Below are positions 11,431 to 23,877 of a DNA stretch of 45,377 nucleotides, in pieces. The stretch lies in assembly GCA_032718475.1 (NCBI GenBank), contig JAUCBJ010001510.1, positions 1-45,377 of the forward strand, read 5' to 3'. The DNA is from Nemertoderma westbladi. Its lineage: Eukaryota > Animalia > Xenacoelomorpha. The notes beneath the pieces are model-generated. The model saw nothing but the letters and a program-made list of their open reading frames with translations, was not told where the DNA came from and ran no database searches. The position numbers and the translations under genes are program-made. Every line of letters starts with the position of its first letter. Within the stretch, counting starts at the first letter, position 1.

Positions 11431-12021
11431 GCGAATTTTCTGTCAGAATGCCCCGCGCCACCACTGCATTTGTTTAAGTGTTCCGGGTTTCCATCCATCC
11501 TTTATTAGTTTATCTCGATGCTGGCTTGTGGGTGCAACCGCACGTCTGGTTGCTGCATCTGCTGCGCTTGCGCGAGACCTCCCATATCTCAATGTATTTC
11601 CTGTGCGCCGTTGGAGAATTGGCGATGTCGGATGGGCGCGCGAGGGCGATTTGCAACCAGAACCCAGTTCATTCTGGCTGCGCTCTTGACACATCGCATT
11701 CAACTTACAGCGCTTCCCAACCGGTTTGTGTATCCTCTCCATCATCGCTCGACCACAACGAGACTCTAACGGACTGCGATGCAACACTGGTCGAAGCTGA
11801 CTCATAACCCATCTCGTTGTTTCTGGAACCCCCAACATCGACCAACCAAAGTCATAGTCCTTTGAGTGGCCCTGCCTCATCCACTACTTTAGTTGGAAAA
11901 TTATCTGCAGGTGAGGCGAGAGTGCGTGCCAGGGGAATTATAAGTCGGGTTAGTGGGACTGTTGATGGGGCCTTGGGTCCCAACCCCCCCCCCCCCCCCC
12001 CCCCCCATCCACAGGGATCGG

Positions 12022-12477
12022 TTTGTCAGCCGGTGTTGGTCAGTCTGGTGTCTGTCATTCCGGTATTGGTCAGTCTAGTGTTGGTCAGTCTGGTGGCAGT
12101 CAGTCTGGGCTCAGTCAATCCGGTGATGCTCAGTCTGATGTAAGTCATTCCGGTGTTGGTCAGTCTAGTGTCATTTATTCCGGTGTTGGTCAGTCTGGTG
12201 TCGGTCAGCCTGGTGTTAGTTAGTTCGGGTCCGGTATTGGTCAGTCTGTTCTCGATCAGTCTGGGGTCAGTAAGTCCAGAGTTGGTCATTCTGGTGTCAG
12301 TCAGTCTGGGCTAAGTCAATCCGGTGTTGGTAATTACGGTGTCAGTCAGTCCAGCGTTGGACAGTCTGGGGTCAGTAATTCCGTTTTCAGACAGCCTGGG
12401 GTCGGTCAGTCAAACCGGAGTTGGTCAGACTGGAGTCAGTCAGCCCAGTGTTGGTCATTCGGTTGTCAGTCAGTCAC
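12022..12477 (+). repeat. 15-bp-period minisatellite (TCYGGTGTYRGTCAG; reads SGVGQ/SGVSQ)
   Basis: About 30 degenerate units directly after the C23 run at 11984-12006. Confidence 0.9.
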
Positions 12478-12929
12478 TTGATTATAATTTAATATATTAA
12501 ATATTATATATTGTATAAATGGTAAAACTCAATTAAATAAATACAACCGCAGGGTGCGTGGTCCGGTTAATTAATAATAATGATAAATGGTGTGTAAATA
12601 AATAATAAAGATAAAAATATCCCGCTGTTATTAAAAAGTGATATTCATCTCGCATTTTCGATTTGGGATTACTCTTAATCTTGCTATTATTGTAGCTAAG
12701 CAATAGTTCCTCCAGATGTGAAGCTTGTCTAAGTATCACAATTAAATATTTACTTTAGGTAGTGTTCTAGGGGTCAATATTCAATATAATTCTAGATGTG
12801 TATTATTTGTGCAATATACTGTGAAAATTTATATTAGCACTAGTAGTATATATTAGTTAGTAGTTATATTATTTATATTATAGTGGTCCTATATTAAGGT
12901 TTTATCGATTTTTGATTGCGATTGTCTAG

Positions 12930-13177
12930 GTGTGAGACAGCTGGATATTGTGAACAGTCCTGTTGGTAGTGACTCATACATTGGTGGATGTACACCTAAC
13001 TTGGCTGTAAATGGCATAAAGAAAGAGGAGTGGGGAGCAGCACCTAATTGCGGATTCCATTCCGATATCACTTCTCCCAACTGGTGGTGGGTGGATCTCT
13101 ATAGTGAGAAAGCTATTGATCACGTTATCATTTACAACAGAAACGATAGATGGTATTATAGGTTAAATGGTGCCAAG
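12930..13177 (+). CDS. Host gene exon: F-type lectin (fucolectin) domain, N-terminal part
   Basis: ctag acceptor, gtaaaa donor, phase 1-0. Contains LAVNG, WWWVDL and an exact H-x26-R-x-D-x4-R fucose-binding motif (HSD..YNRNDRWYYR). Confidence 0.9.
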
Positions 13178-13698
13178 GTAAAAGCTATGTGAATAATAAT
13201 GAATAATATGCCTTTTGTAATTTTAGGCTGATAATGTAATTTTAACAGGTGATGTTGTTGTTCATTTAATTCATATGAGGGGGTGCGTGTCAAAACTTTT
13301 CTCATCCTGTTTGCAAATATAGTGGTCTACTATTGCTTCATATCTTACTTACATTGCACTGCATGCATCCATGCATTTCACTACTTTATCATCCTTTGTC
13401 GCGTAGGCTTACCTGTACTGATTCTGGCAGTATGATGGATGGTAATTAATGTCTATATTAAATTTTCGTTTTGAATATGCATGGTTTGGAATGTTAACTG
13501 AAGCTGTTTTTCAATCTGCGGTATTATATCCTCTATGTAATTTTATATTGGTAGCAACATTTATACACTGTTCTATTCAAAAAAATAAAGAATGCCCCTT
13601 TGTAACATCAGTAAGAATAGGCAGTGTCATTTAAAACTATATTTATGTACTATTTTTCGAGTTTTTTCAAATTATCCAATATAATATTGGATTAAGAT

Positions 13699-13890
13699 TT
13701 TTTTTTAATTCAACATACGCATTACAAAGTTCGTAGATTTTTTATCAAGATTCCAAACTTGAAAATAGTTTAGCAAGATCTATCTTATTTCTCGAGATAC
13801 TGGCTTTCAAATATTTTTTTTAATTCAACATACGCATTACAAAGTTCGTAGATTTTTTTATCAAGATTCCAAACTTGAAAATAGTTTAGC
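13699..13890 (+). repeat. ~75-bp direct duplication
   Basis: TTTTTTAATTCAACATACGCATTACAAAG...GAAAATAGTTTAGC at ~13699-13773 and ~13814-13890. Confidence 0.9.
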
Positions 13891-14186
13891 TTATTATAGC
13901 TGTTTGTCAGTTTTACTGTAGGTCAGTAGGTCTCCAAAACAATAGAAAGCAAGAATACCATCTGTCTAAAAAATGTGAAAACTGACACTAGAAATGAAAT
14001 CTTCGACCAGGAAAACCCATATAGCCAAACTTTTAGCTAGCTATTGAGCCCTTTCTTATATTTTGACAGACAGACTGTAGGACATTCAGATAGACCGACA
14101 GACAGACACACTAGATTTCACTTACAGTGAATTCTGAAATAAAATCAGCGACCCAGAAAAACCCCCATAACAAAAATCTTAGGATG

Positions 14187-16367
14187 CACAGTGGGCCAGA
14201 GTTAGACAAAATACCCCAAAAAAGTGACTTGTTTAATTGTATCTGAAATCTAGCCCGTGGTGAAGAGCGTATTAATTTGAAAACATGGAAAAAATATTTT
14301 CGATATTAAAAATTCGTCTTGTTTCACAAGATATAGATAGATAGGTCCAAAATATCAAAGTTTCGGAAATTTTTTCAAATTCTTATACATGTCGAGCTGA
14401 ATGCGAAAAATGTGGAAAAAAGTGGATCCGATCCAATCAAAGAAATAATAAAAGATTAGCATACGCATAAACCTCATATTGCTATGAAAAAATAATATAT
14501 CAAAATTTGATATGCTGCGCTTTTTTCCCTCGAGAGCCTTCGTCATTTTGTTTCATCAGAATACAATACTATAGCACTTCTAACCTGTAAATTATTAAAA
14601 AGATGCCCTTTTGTGCTAAATGTACACTATTTCAAAATAATTTTGTAAATATTTCGTTTTAGTCAATTAGGGAGTTATTGCTTAGGATGGGTCAAATTTA
14701 AGTTTTTTACGAATTTCAACTTTTCCCTATTAAAAGTTTTTGTAGAACCAAATTTTAGGAGGATTGGTCAAAACTAAATTTTATCAAATTAATTTTTAAC
14801 CCCTGCACATTTAAATTTAACATTTTCGAAATTGCGTAAATATAAAACTTTCCGAAAAAAAATTGTTTGCAATAATTCCATTTTCCCTACATTAGACACC
14901 TTCTAGTCATCGAAAATGATGAAATAAGAATACAAAATATTAAGTAGATTAAGTAGAATGCTATTTAAAAATGTACTTTTTTTCGAAATTTTGGAAAAAC
15001 AGCACTTTTCAACAGTTGTAAACAAAAAAATGAATAAGTTTGGTTGTTTTCCTATTCAAATAATCAAAGCTTTTCAAAACTGAATTTAATTCTTTAATCC
15101 GGTTAACAACCACTGCTAACCCATGCACAAATCACGTCAATGTTAATAATCATTTATTAAGAAAAAAACTTTTGAAACGAAAATCTTCAACAAATAGTTT
15201 AATTATCAACGTCATACTTATAGCTATGGAAGCTATGGGCCTTTCAATACCCTAATTAAAGCAAAGCACACCTGATTTAAATCCTTATAAACAAAATGTG
15301 AAGAAACAGCATGATTAACTGCGAAGCATACAGCTCGTTCAACCTAATTAGTTCGGACCATAGGATCGTGACTTCTGCAGTCATGACATCAGACTCAGTT
15401 TGAGAGCAAGCAAACCCAGGACAAGTAAGCGAAACAACTGTGACTGGGAGAAACTAAGAACTGACAACGCAGTATTTATGCTTACATAGTAAAAGTTAAA
15501 AACAAAAAGTAAAGTTAAAGTAAAGTACAAGTAAAAGTTAAAGTGCAAGTATCTGAGCTATTGTTGATCTACTTGGTCGAAATCCGTTTTGGCTCTTACA
15601 CAGTAGATTCTCTATGTGAGGCCTAACCTATATAGAATCATTTATTGTATATTTTGGCAGCTACCACAAGCAGACAGATCCCACTATAGTTTGTTGGTAT
15701 GCCGAGGTCTCCTTTCTTGGGGAGAGGCTTTAGTTGACCTTTAGTCCAAATTGGTAGTGGCTTTTCCCCTTTTAACATCCGGTTGCAAACATTCAATAAT
15801 GGTCTGTTTAGCACTCCGGTTTTCCATACCTCCGCTGGGATTTCATCTAATCCACTCACTTTATTATTGGACATGCTTTTAATGTTTCTTTGGAGTTCGG
15901 CAGGTGTGAAGTCCCCTGTTTCTATGAGTCATGTCATACCTTCCTTGTAGGGCTGACCTCGATGTTTGGTCGCTGCCCAAACAAGTTTCTGAAGTGATCA
16001 TTCCATTTTCAAACACGTTCTTCAGGACTATCATCTTGCTAAATTCGTGTGCCATGTGCCACATGCCAAAAAGTGACACTTCTGTGCTACTAGAGAATTT
16101 GAAACCATTTGTTAACGCTTCCGCACCCTGCTAAACCTTGTGGAAACGAAATCTGCGCCATTCTGTCTGTGTTTGTTCTGTTTGCCAAATGTCCAAATTT
16201 TGGCACATGCCAGAAATGGCACAAAGGCACCCTTTGAGAATTTGAAACCCATCTCAGAAGATTCGCAGCTATCGAAAACCCGTGTAGGAGAAAATGAGTG
16301 CCCAAACTATGAATATTTTTCGAAATAATGAATTTTGGCCACAAAACAGGGTTTCTGGCCCACTGTG
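14187..16367. mobile_element. Non-autonomous Transib-like element with CACAGTG termini
   Basis: 14-bp perfect TIR CACAGTGGGCCAGA. Flanking 5-mers GGATG/AGATA match 3/5 (possible decayed 5-bp TSD). AT-rich interior with no transposase ORF. Confidence 0.7.
15225..16032. mobile_element. Two convergent RTE family A fragments (+ ~15225-15500, - ~15541-16032)
   Basis: High similarity to ~39700-39980 (inverted) and to 1457-1960. ORF 15638-15874 reads PLPKKGDLGIPTNY. Confidence 0.85.
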
Positions 16368-17143
16368 AGATAGTGGTGTACTTTCCTGTTGCACAACATA
16401 ATAATATTGACAGACATTCTTAAACCATTATTATTCTTATATATTGACAAACAGTTGCGCGGGAAATTTAAACAATAAAGGCAATTATCTCGGATTTTTT
16501 TCGTTTTTTTTTCGCATGTTTGAAGATTAATTTGAAACATAGTAAACTGTATTTGAAACAGTACTTTCCTTGAAAAGTACGAAACAAAAATTCTTTTTTA
16601 CGTAATCGACCATGCTGATTCAAAAACAACAGGTTACAACTCCTGAAAACAAACCAAAACAAAAGAGTAGAATTTTAAGTCAAAAATAAAAAAATAGGGT
16701 CTGACCGCTAAAGGGGCGTCACAAATGAATTTTTTTTTGAAAATATTAAAATCCAATGTAAAAACGCACAAAAAATGTTTCACTTTATTTCTACTAATTC
16801 ACTTTTTGGAGCATTATGCTTTTCAAAAAGTTTACATCCAAGACAGTATCCTCTTCTATTAACTTTAGTTTATGTTAGTTAGAATAACGTACCACTGTAA
16901 CCAGCTCATTTCCCTTAATTAGTTCTAATTAAACATTGAGATGAGATAGTAACTCGCTTGGGCCACCCCCCTGTAGGACCCTGCAGGACGGACATTTTTA
17001 ATAAGGTTCTAATGAAAATTTTCTGTATGTACAGAAGTTAGAAGAAAATTAAATTTGAAGTAATTAGACCCATTAGACCCCCCTTCCCACATAATGAATG
17101 CACAGGTACATAGCAAATTACAAATTAATCTAATGCTTACTAG

Positions 17144-17345
17144 GTTTTGGTTATAAATACAGTTGATGAAGCGTATTTGCGAGCGCTTGGTAGTAACATA
17201 GAAATGCTTTGTGATACAATAACACCCGCTCCGCGAGGTTCCGTCAATGTAGCATGCAGAGGATTGCGTGGACGATTTGTTGTCATCTTCCATGGCGGAA
17301 CCGAAATTATCAACATTGATGAGGTTGAAGTGTTTGAACAAATAG
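17144..17345 (+). CDS. Host gene exon: F-type lectin domain, C-terminal part
   Basis: ctag acceptor, gtaagt donor, phase 0-1. VACRGLRGRFVVI..INIDEVEVF is the typical end of this domain and joins in frame to the 12930-13177 exon. Confidence 0.9.
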
Positions 17346-18099
17346 GTAAGTTGGTGAATTTGGAGAGACAAGACAGTATTTTATTGAACATTACCATACA
17401 TACCGTATATTTGAGTAAGTTCATAAATTGTTAGTGAGTAATGCCAAACCAATAAACGATATAATTAGAAGAGTAATAAAGGGGATGTAACATTGACTAC
17501 AAAGTGAGTAGTGGTGTGGCATGATTAATAAAGCTGTGAAGTGAGGTGTGAACGCATAGTGAGGTCAAACCCAGTCTTAGATATTGCGTATCAACAAACT
17601 GAACAATAATGGTGCAATAAAGTACTGTAGGAGTTGCATTACGATAAGGACAATGTAACCAGTTATTTGTAACAATGAAAGGGACTATTAATAGATTAAT
17701 TAATTTATAATTTATTTATTTTTATTTATAATTAATTTATTCTTAGCATTTACCATTTACCACATTAAATGTCACCTTTCCTATAACTCGCCTATTTAGC
17801 ATTGTACTATATATTATTGTCTTATTGGTATTACGCTTATTCGCACCTTAAGTGCAATAGATTTATTGGTGAGAGATATTAGCTATTGATCCAGTAATGG
17901 CCAATTATATTACAAGTCAAACTGAACCCTCTTATTTATTAAACTGATTCCGGGCTCTTGGGGTCTAATACAAACTACAAATCCTCGACAGGCCCAGGGT
18001 TTACCGACATCAGGTTTCTTGAATAAAACCAGAAGTCAAGTGGGAAGGGTGGTAGGCATTCTACTAGGGAACTGGATGATCACAACGAATCGAATCTAC

Positions 18100-18565
18100 A
18101 ACGACGAGTTGCAGTACGGCGTCATATGAACTATTAGACATTACCAGGATGAGCGTAGCGAGTACAAACTTATATTAACTCTTATTAGTCACTGATCTTT
18201 CGATGGTACGCACTCTTGTTGGTGGTAGAACCTCCCTAATATTACCCATCACATTTTCGGACATGGTCTTCTTCTCCTGGCATAATAAGTTATAGCATGC
18301 TGTGGTAAGCTTTCTGTGTTCGGTAACACGAATGGAGCATCACCCTTGATAGCAGCTACAGCAATGGCGGTGCTCTCCCTTGTTGCCCTGTAAGATTGTC
18401 CTGCTGTGGTAGTTGGGAGTACGGATTGCCAATCCTCCATCATGACTGGAATTGGGAAGATAAAATAAATCTCTTTCACCGGCTGTTAAAGTCCCACCTA
18501 GAACCGCAGGATTGAACTTCTCTGAGAGAGACTCTTCTATGGGTGCATAGATGTCTTGATATTTA
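18100..18565 (-). pseudogene. Decayed non-LTR retrotransposon fragment (CRE-like post-RT region)
   Basis: PIEESLSEKFNPAVLG..ERDLFYLP...GGLAI resembles the LP..GGLGI region after the RT of restriction-like-endonuclease LINEs. Confidence 0.5.
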
Positions 18566-20469
18566 TTATTGTTACTGTTGGACAATACCCATAATTTTAT
18601 GGTGTATTGTTATTGTTTTGATTCTATATAAATATTTAATCTATCAAAGAACATGTTGTATATTGGATGTTTATTAATTCGAACCAATATATCAATATTT
18701 TTAATTTATTTTAGTGTGGGTTTTTTGTAAACCTTTTAAATTTTTTTATTCAGTGAATTACTTTTTTTCATATATATCTCCTGCGTTATTTTTGACATTG
18801 TAATTTTTGGATTTACTATGTTTAAAATAGAAAGCCAGCAAGCTGGCTGGAAGGAGCCCGGGGGAAGAATCCTAGCCAAGACTATTACAAATGAACTATG
18901 TCAGTCAGCTGTAGGCCTAGTAAGTAGGCCTAAACTAAACAATTGTCTAAACTGTAAGGCGTGAGGCTAGCTGACTTTGTCGATCGTCCCACATAATAAA
19001 AAATTAAACTTTGCTACCACTAACAAAAATATAATATGAAGCAAATAATTTCATTATCAAGCACGTTTACAAGATTTAAGATTACCGAATATTTATGAAA
19101 AAATGCCCATGATGCACAACCAGGACACCGAGCGAGTGATGACCCTGAACCCACCATAGAACCACCCTATATTATAAATGCAGACTCCATTTCCATACGA
19201 ATATTACAACACCGGCTGCTAAGGCAATCAACCAATGCTGCATTATAGAACAAAACTAACAATAGAAAGGGGTAGCTATAGTTACTAAAACTAAAACACA
19301 AACAAAGCGCAAATATCCTAGCTGTTCCACATTAGTGTCAGTAGTTCTAGTAAGATAATAATAGTGATAACAGTTTCATTCAATTTTTTGAATAAATACA
19401 AATTATATAATATATTATAGAGCAAATGTATAAACAAAAACTCAACTAATATTATGAAAATTTAAGGTCTAAACAATATGAAACAAAATAATACATTATC
19501 AAAGACAAATTAAATTTTAGCATCACAACAACTATATCCAAGAAATTTAACAAAACCGCAAATCAGTCAAAGTGAAAAGGGGGGACAGTTCCCCCCTTCA
19601 ACCCCCCTTTCAATCAGCACCCCGTCCCAAAAGCAAAGCCGCACCCAGACCCAGTCAAGCAGAATAACCTATGGAGATAGATATTATGACAACACACCCG
19701 GTTCTTTTAAATTTGTGTGATTTGAGTTTTATGTTCGCACCACTATTGAGTTTTATAATATTTGTAAGAAATGTTAAAACTTATCTTATGCCAATGTAGT
19801 AATGGTATTAAAATATAATTAAATTAATTTACACTATTAATGCTTCAGCTAAAAAATGATGCTAATCCTATGTAATAAAAAAAATAAGAATAATATTTTT
19901 AAGAACTTTCTACATATATCCTACACAAAATAATCAGCCCAATGATTCGTAGAATAATAATAATATAATCCTACTGCAGTTGTATATTTTATTTTGTTTA
20001 TTGACAACTCAACTATTTTCTGTCTATCCCTGAGAGCTGATAAAGGATGTGTAGACTCAGCCAGCAGCCAGCAGCAGGAGGGGTGTAGTCAAGAAATTCT
20101 GCCTTGATGGAATTTTTTCTATCTCAGGCAGCCCTAAACTCAACCATTCATACACAGCTAGCTGCTGCAGCAGCTCAGGCAGGAGTTGTTACTTTACCAT
20201 TACTTTTAATTTCGCGACAAAATAATTTCAAAAAAACGAAATATATCGAATACCACACATTGAATTGATCTGATATTTTGTAACGCGATTATGAACCACC
20301 AAAGCAATTTACTTGTGTAAAATTTCAACAAAATCGCCAGGCAGGAAGTGCCTGAACCTAGATAATTATCAGTCAGTCATTCAGTGAGTGTATATATCCT
20401 GAGATTTTTACAGTAATGTATCCCTGAGATTCTTACAGTAAGTATCCCGCCTGTCGAGCGGGCTCCTAA

Positions 20470-20754
20470 TAAAGGGAAATGGCACTAAATCTTATTGAAT
20501 GAGGCAATATTTTAGGCTCGTTGTCATTAAGCCAAGGAATGCCTCTTCACCACCAAGGGTGATCTTCCACAGTAAACCCTTCCACTCAGTTTCCTTGGTT
20601 CCCATTTATCGACCAGTTAAGTATGGAAGCCAGGGTTGGGCTAGGCTGCAGCATTTAAAGCACTCAGCCTAAACAGCACTGCCCCATCTAGGGATCGAAC
20701 CAGGGTTTCCTAATTGGAAGCTCAGTAATGTCACCAACTAGACAAAGCGGCGGC
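20470..20754 (-). mobile_element. tRNA-derived SINE
   Basis: Minus strand: A-box-like TGTCTAGTTGG, B box GGTTCGATCCC, then a CTTCCAT..GGTCGATAAATG SINE-type central segment. Confidence 0.65.
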
Positions 20755-20887
20755 TGTTGCTCTTTATAGCTGCTGCTATAAAGATGTTATTAATAATATT
20801 ATTAATATCGAGTTAGTAAATTTAAATAAATATATTATCAGAATAAATCATCTTGGGAGAGTAGCTTAAAAAATAATAATATTGCAG

Positions 20888-21010
20888 ATGTTGATGAATG
20901 TGCTGAAGGTACAGCCCATTGCCATACCAATGCTGTCTGTATCAATACTGAAGGAAGTTTCTCATGCGAGTGCCAGACAGGTTATACTGGAAATGGCTTC
21001 AATTGCCAAG
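20888..21010 (+). CDS. Host gene exon: calcium-binding EGF ([41 protein letters not shown])
   Basis: tgcag acceptor, gtaagt donor, 123 nt, phase 1-1, six Cys and cbEGF consensus. Confidence 0.93.
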
Positions 21011-21158
21011 GTAAGTTAAGTTATAGAGCTATATCGGTACAGAAAACGGTAGTACTCATTTAGATTCAACTGATAAATCACGTATTTCACATTGCCGAGC
21101 GATCACTTCGCAATATGTACAGTATATATATCATTTATATATTTAATCAAAAATGTCT

Positions 21159-21318
21159 CCAGGTGGAGAGATAGTAGCGGTGTTGAGGGTCTAACCATGG
21201 TTATAAATAATTATTACTTTTTAATTATAATTAAAAAAGTAATAATTATTTATAACCATGGAATAATTATTTATAACCGTGGTTAGACCCTCAACACCCC
21301 TACTATCACTCCGCCTGG
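21159..21318. mobile_element. Short palindromic MITE-like element (~60-bp arms)
   Basis: CCAGGTGGAGAGATAGTAGCGGTGTTGAGGGTCTAACCATGGTTATAAATAATTA has a near-perfect inverse ending at 21318. Confidence 0.75.
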
Positions 21319-21776
21319 GAGAGAGGGCTGTTGCGCTGTCAGTCAGAGAGGTAACAGCCCGTGGGGTAAGGATTTACCTCTGGGACCTGTATTAGGCAAA
21401 ATAGCAGTAGCTGTGTAGGCCCACCAGTACATTGCACGGTACAAGACCCGAAATTTAGCCTACACCTGTAAATAATACACGGTTTCGCGGTACAAGACCA
21501 TATAAATTAGACCACCACCTGTAAAATGCTCGCCTGAGTTCAGGAGTTGCACAGACTGACAGATGTCAGGATGTGCTGATTCTATATCATCCACTAACGG
21601 ATTCTGGCAGCCTGGAACTAGACCACTACAAAAACTGATGCGACAGAGCGAGGTGCCGTTAGGCCTAACATTTCTCGGAGGCTGGTCCGATAACACTCAA
21701 CGCATTGTTTGGTTGGACATTGACATTATTGCATTACAGTGTACATTATTACATACTGATTAGTATGGATTGAGAA

Positions 21777-21917
21777 TCAGTTGAGTACCAGTTAAATAAC
21801 TGGCTGACTGGGAGCAAATCTTGGGATAGGAGTAGCGCCCACCCCTACCCTCGGGTAGCAGCTATCGAAAGAGGAGCCTTCGGGTCGCCTCCGGCTTCGG
21901 CCGACTGTTTGCTTTTG
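21777..21917 (+). mobile_element. 5'-truncated SINE/LINE-tail retroposon with 15-bp TSD
   Basis: Perfect direct repeat AGTATGGATTGAGAA at 21762-21776 and 21918-21932 around a GC-richer, hairpin-forming insert. Confidence 0.75.
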
Positions 21918-23877
21918 AGTATGGATTGAGAAATTGGATATATTTGGACGTCAATGGATGGATAGGTTTGGTTTGAGAAACTAATATCACGTAGGCCTAC
22001 CTAATCATATCTTTGCGATAATTATTACTAGATCCACTGGCCCCCAGCCACCTTCAACAAACCATCATTGCTGGGGGGCACTCAGCTGAGGGGGAGGAGC
22101 GCATTAAAAACTCTAAGTATCGCGCGACCTAATGGACCGGGGCCATTTCTTTCACCCCGTGGCCTTTGAGGCCCCGGTCCAGAGACATCCACCTTCCTCC
22201 GGGAGATCGGGGCTCGTCTCCACGGTGCAACCCACGAACCGCGGTCACACCAGTTTCTGCTCCAGCGCCTGGAGATGGCAATTTGGGTTGGTCATTTGGG
22301 TCAGCCTCAGTCATGGGGACAGCAACCAGGCCGACCATTGGTCTATTCGGGCACTGAAGAGCGGAAACCAATCAAAACTGTCGAAATGGTTGCCAATGGA
22401 GTCACCAACGGGATGACGGCCGAAGATATTCAATATTCAATACTCTATCTTATGCAATCTCAAATATTCAATTCGGTACTGTACCTTCAATTCAATATTC
22501 AATCTTAGTATTATTTCTGTGCTTCGTTATTTAATAATGTGATTAGATAAACAAATAAATTAATGAAATGTTAATTATTACAAAAAACAACCCAAAATTA
22601 TATTAACATTTATATAGTTGTGAATTAAATATTTCGAAATCAACAGTCATTCAATGAACTTATACAGCAGGGTCATATCGCGTATCCCTTGGTTTAATCA
22701 CTATTATTTATTCAAGTATAACTGAATCCTGGCCCGCCGCCTTCACCCTCCACTGATAATTTAAAATCGTAACTCATTCAATCTTTGACTAAATTATACC
22801 AAACTTGGTAAACATGTAATCTTTGTCTATCGGCTAAAATAAACACAACTTGCTAAAGTTTCCCCTATAATGTTTTTTCCTATAGAACAGGATGCAGTTT
22901 TATTTAATTTAGTAGTAAACAAGCTGTTATTTGCATCGATTTTCACCTGGAGAGGGAAGAATATTGACTGCCCCCCCCCCCCCCCCCCCCCCTACCTGCA
23001 GTTAAGTGAAATTATTTCGACACCATTTAATTTTATTATCACGGTCGCGCATCAAGTAGTCTGTCAAAAGATACAATTCAATATAAACATAACAAAATGA
23101 ATTATAATAATTCTAAAAATATAAGGCAGATTATCCTAAAGTTAGCTCTTTAGTCTTTAGCAATCTTATACGTTGACAAGACTTATAAAATAATTGATGT
23201 TGAATAATTATTATTAAGATTAAAATATATTATTAGGAATTCGAAGAAAGCAAATTGTATTGAGTTAGTATTGGCAAGTTAATCTCACAAACCAGTCTAG
23301 TCTAACTTTACAGTAGCCTTGTTCGCATTGTTCCAAGTTTAGGCCAATAGATTCCACCGTCTTCGTTCCAGGTTTAATACTGTAATAGACTCCGTTATCC
23401 GTCTCGATCGCTTCGCTATGCACCATCTTACTGGGTTTTCTCTGTTTTGTAGATTACTTCGACATCGTCTGATCGCTTTGGTTGCGTGTTTAATACTGTA
23501 ATAGACTCCGTCGACAGCCTATCGTTCTGGATACATTGAATAGACTCCATTGTCCATCGCGATCGTTTCATTGTTTACGTTTAATTGACTCCATCGCCTC
23601 CTCGGATTAGGAATCCGGCCGGGTTTCGTAGATTCCGCCATCGTTCAGCAGTTCAGTGTTTTTAATCAAAGCCAGAATTCCGGTACCGGCACCACTGCAC
23701 CACGATCAACGAGTTCGGAAGTAACAGACTCCGTCAACAATACTCGGGGTTTAAAAAATACAACTATCAGGCAACTTGTAACTGGGCGATCATCTATCTG
23801 ATAGTTGAAAAAGACTGTCTGACAGTTGGTATCAGACTATCTGATAGTTAGCGCCCCATGGGTAAATCCTTACCCCA

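Noticed and set aside
11429-11880. Several overlapping ORFs in a GC-rich block
   Set aside because: No recognisable domain or splice context; long ORFs in multiple frames are expected at this GC content.
22129-22416. GC-rich multi-frame ORFs
   Set aside because: No motif recognised; probably an unclassified repeat fragment.
22971-22992. Long C/G homopolymers (C22 here, C23 at 11984, G18 at 8908) as functional G-quadruplexes
   Set aside because: Common in such genomes, lengths are unreliable in assemblies, and there is no supporting context.
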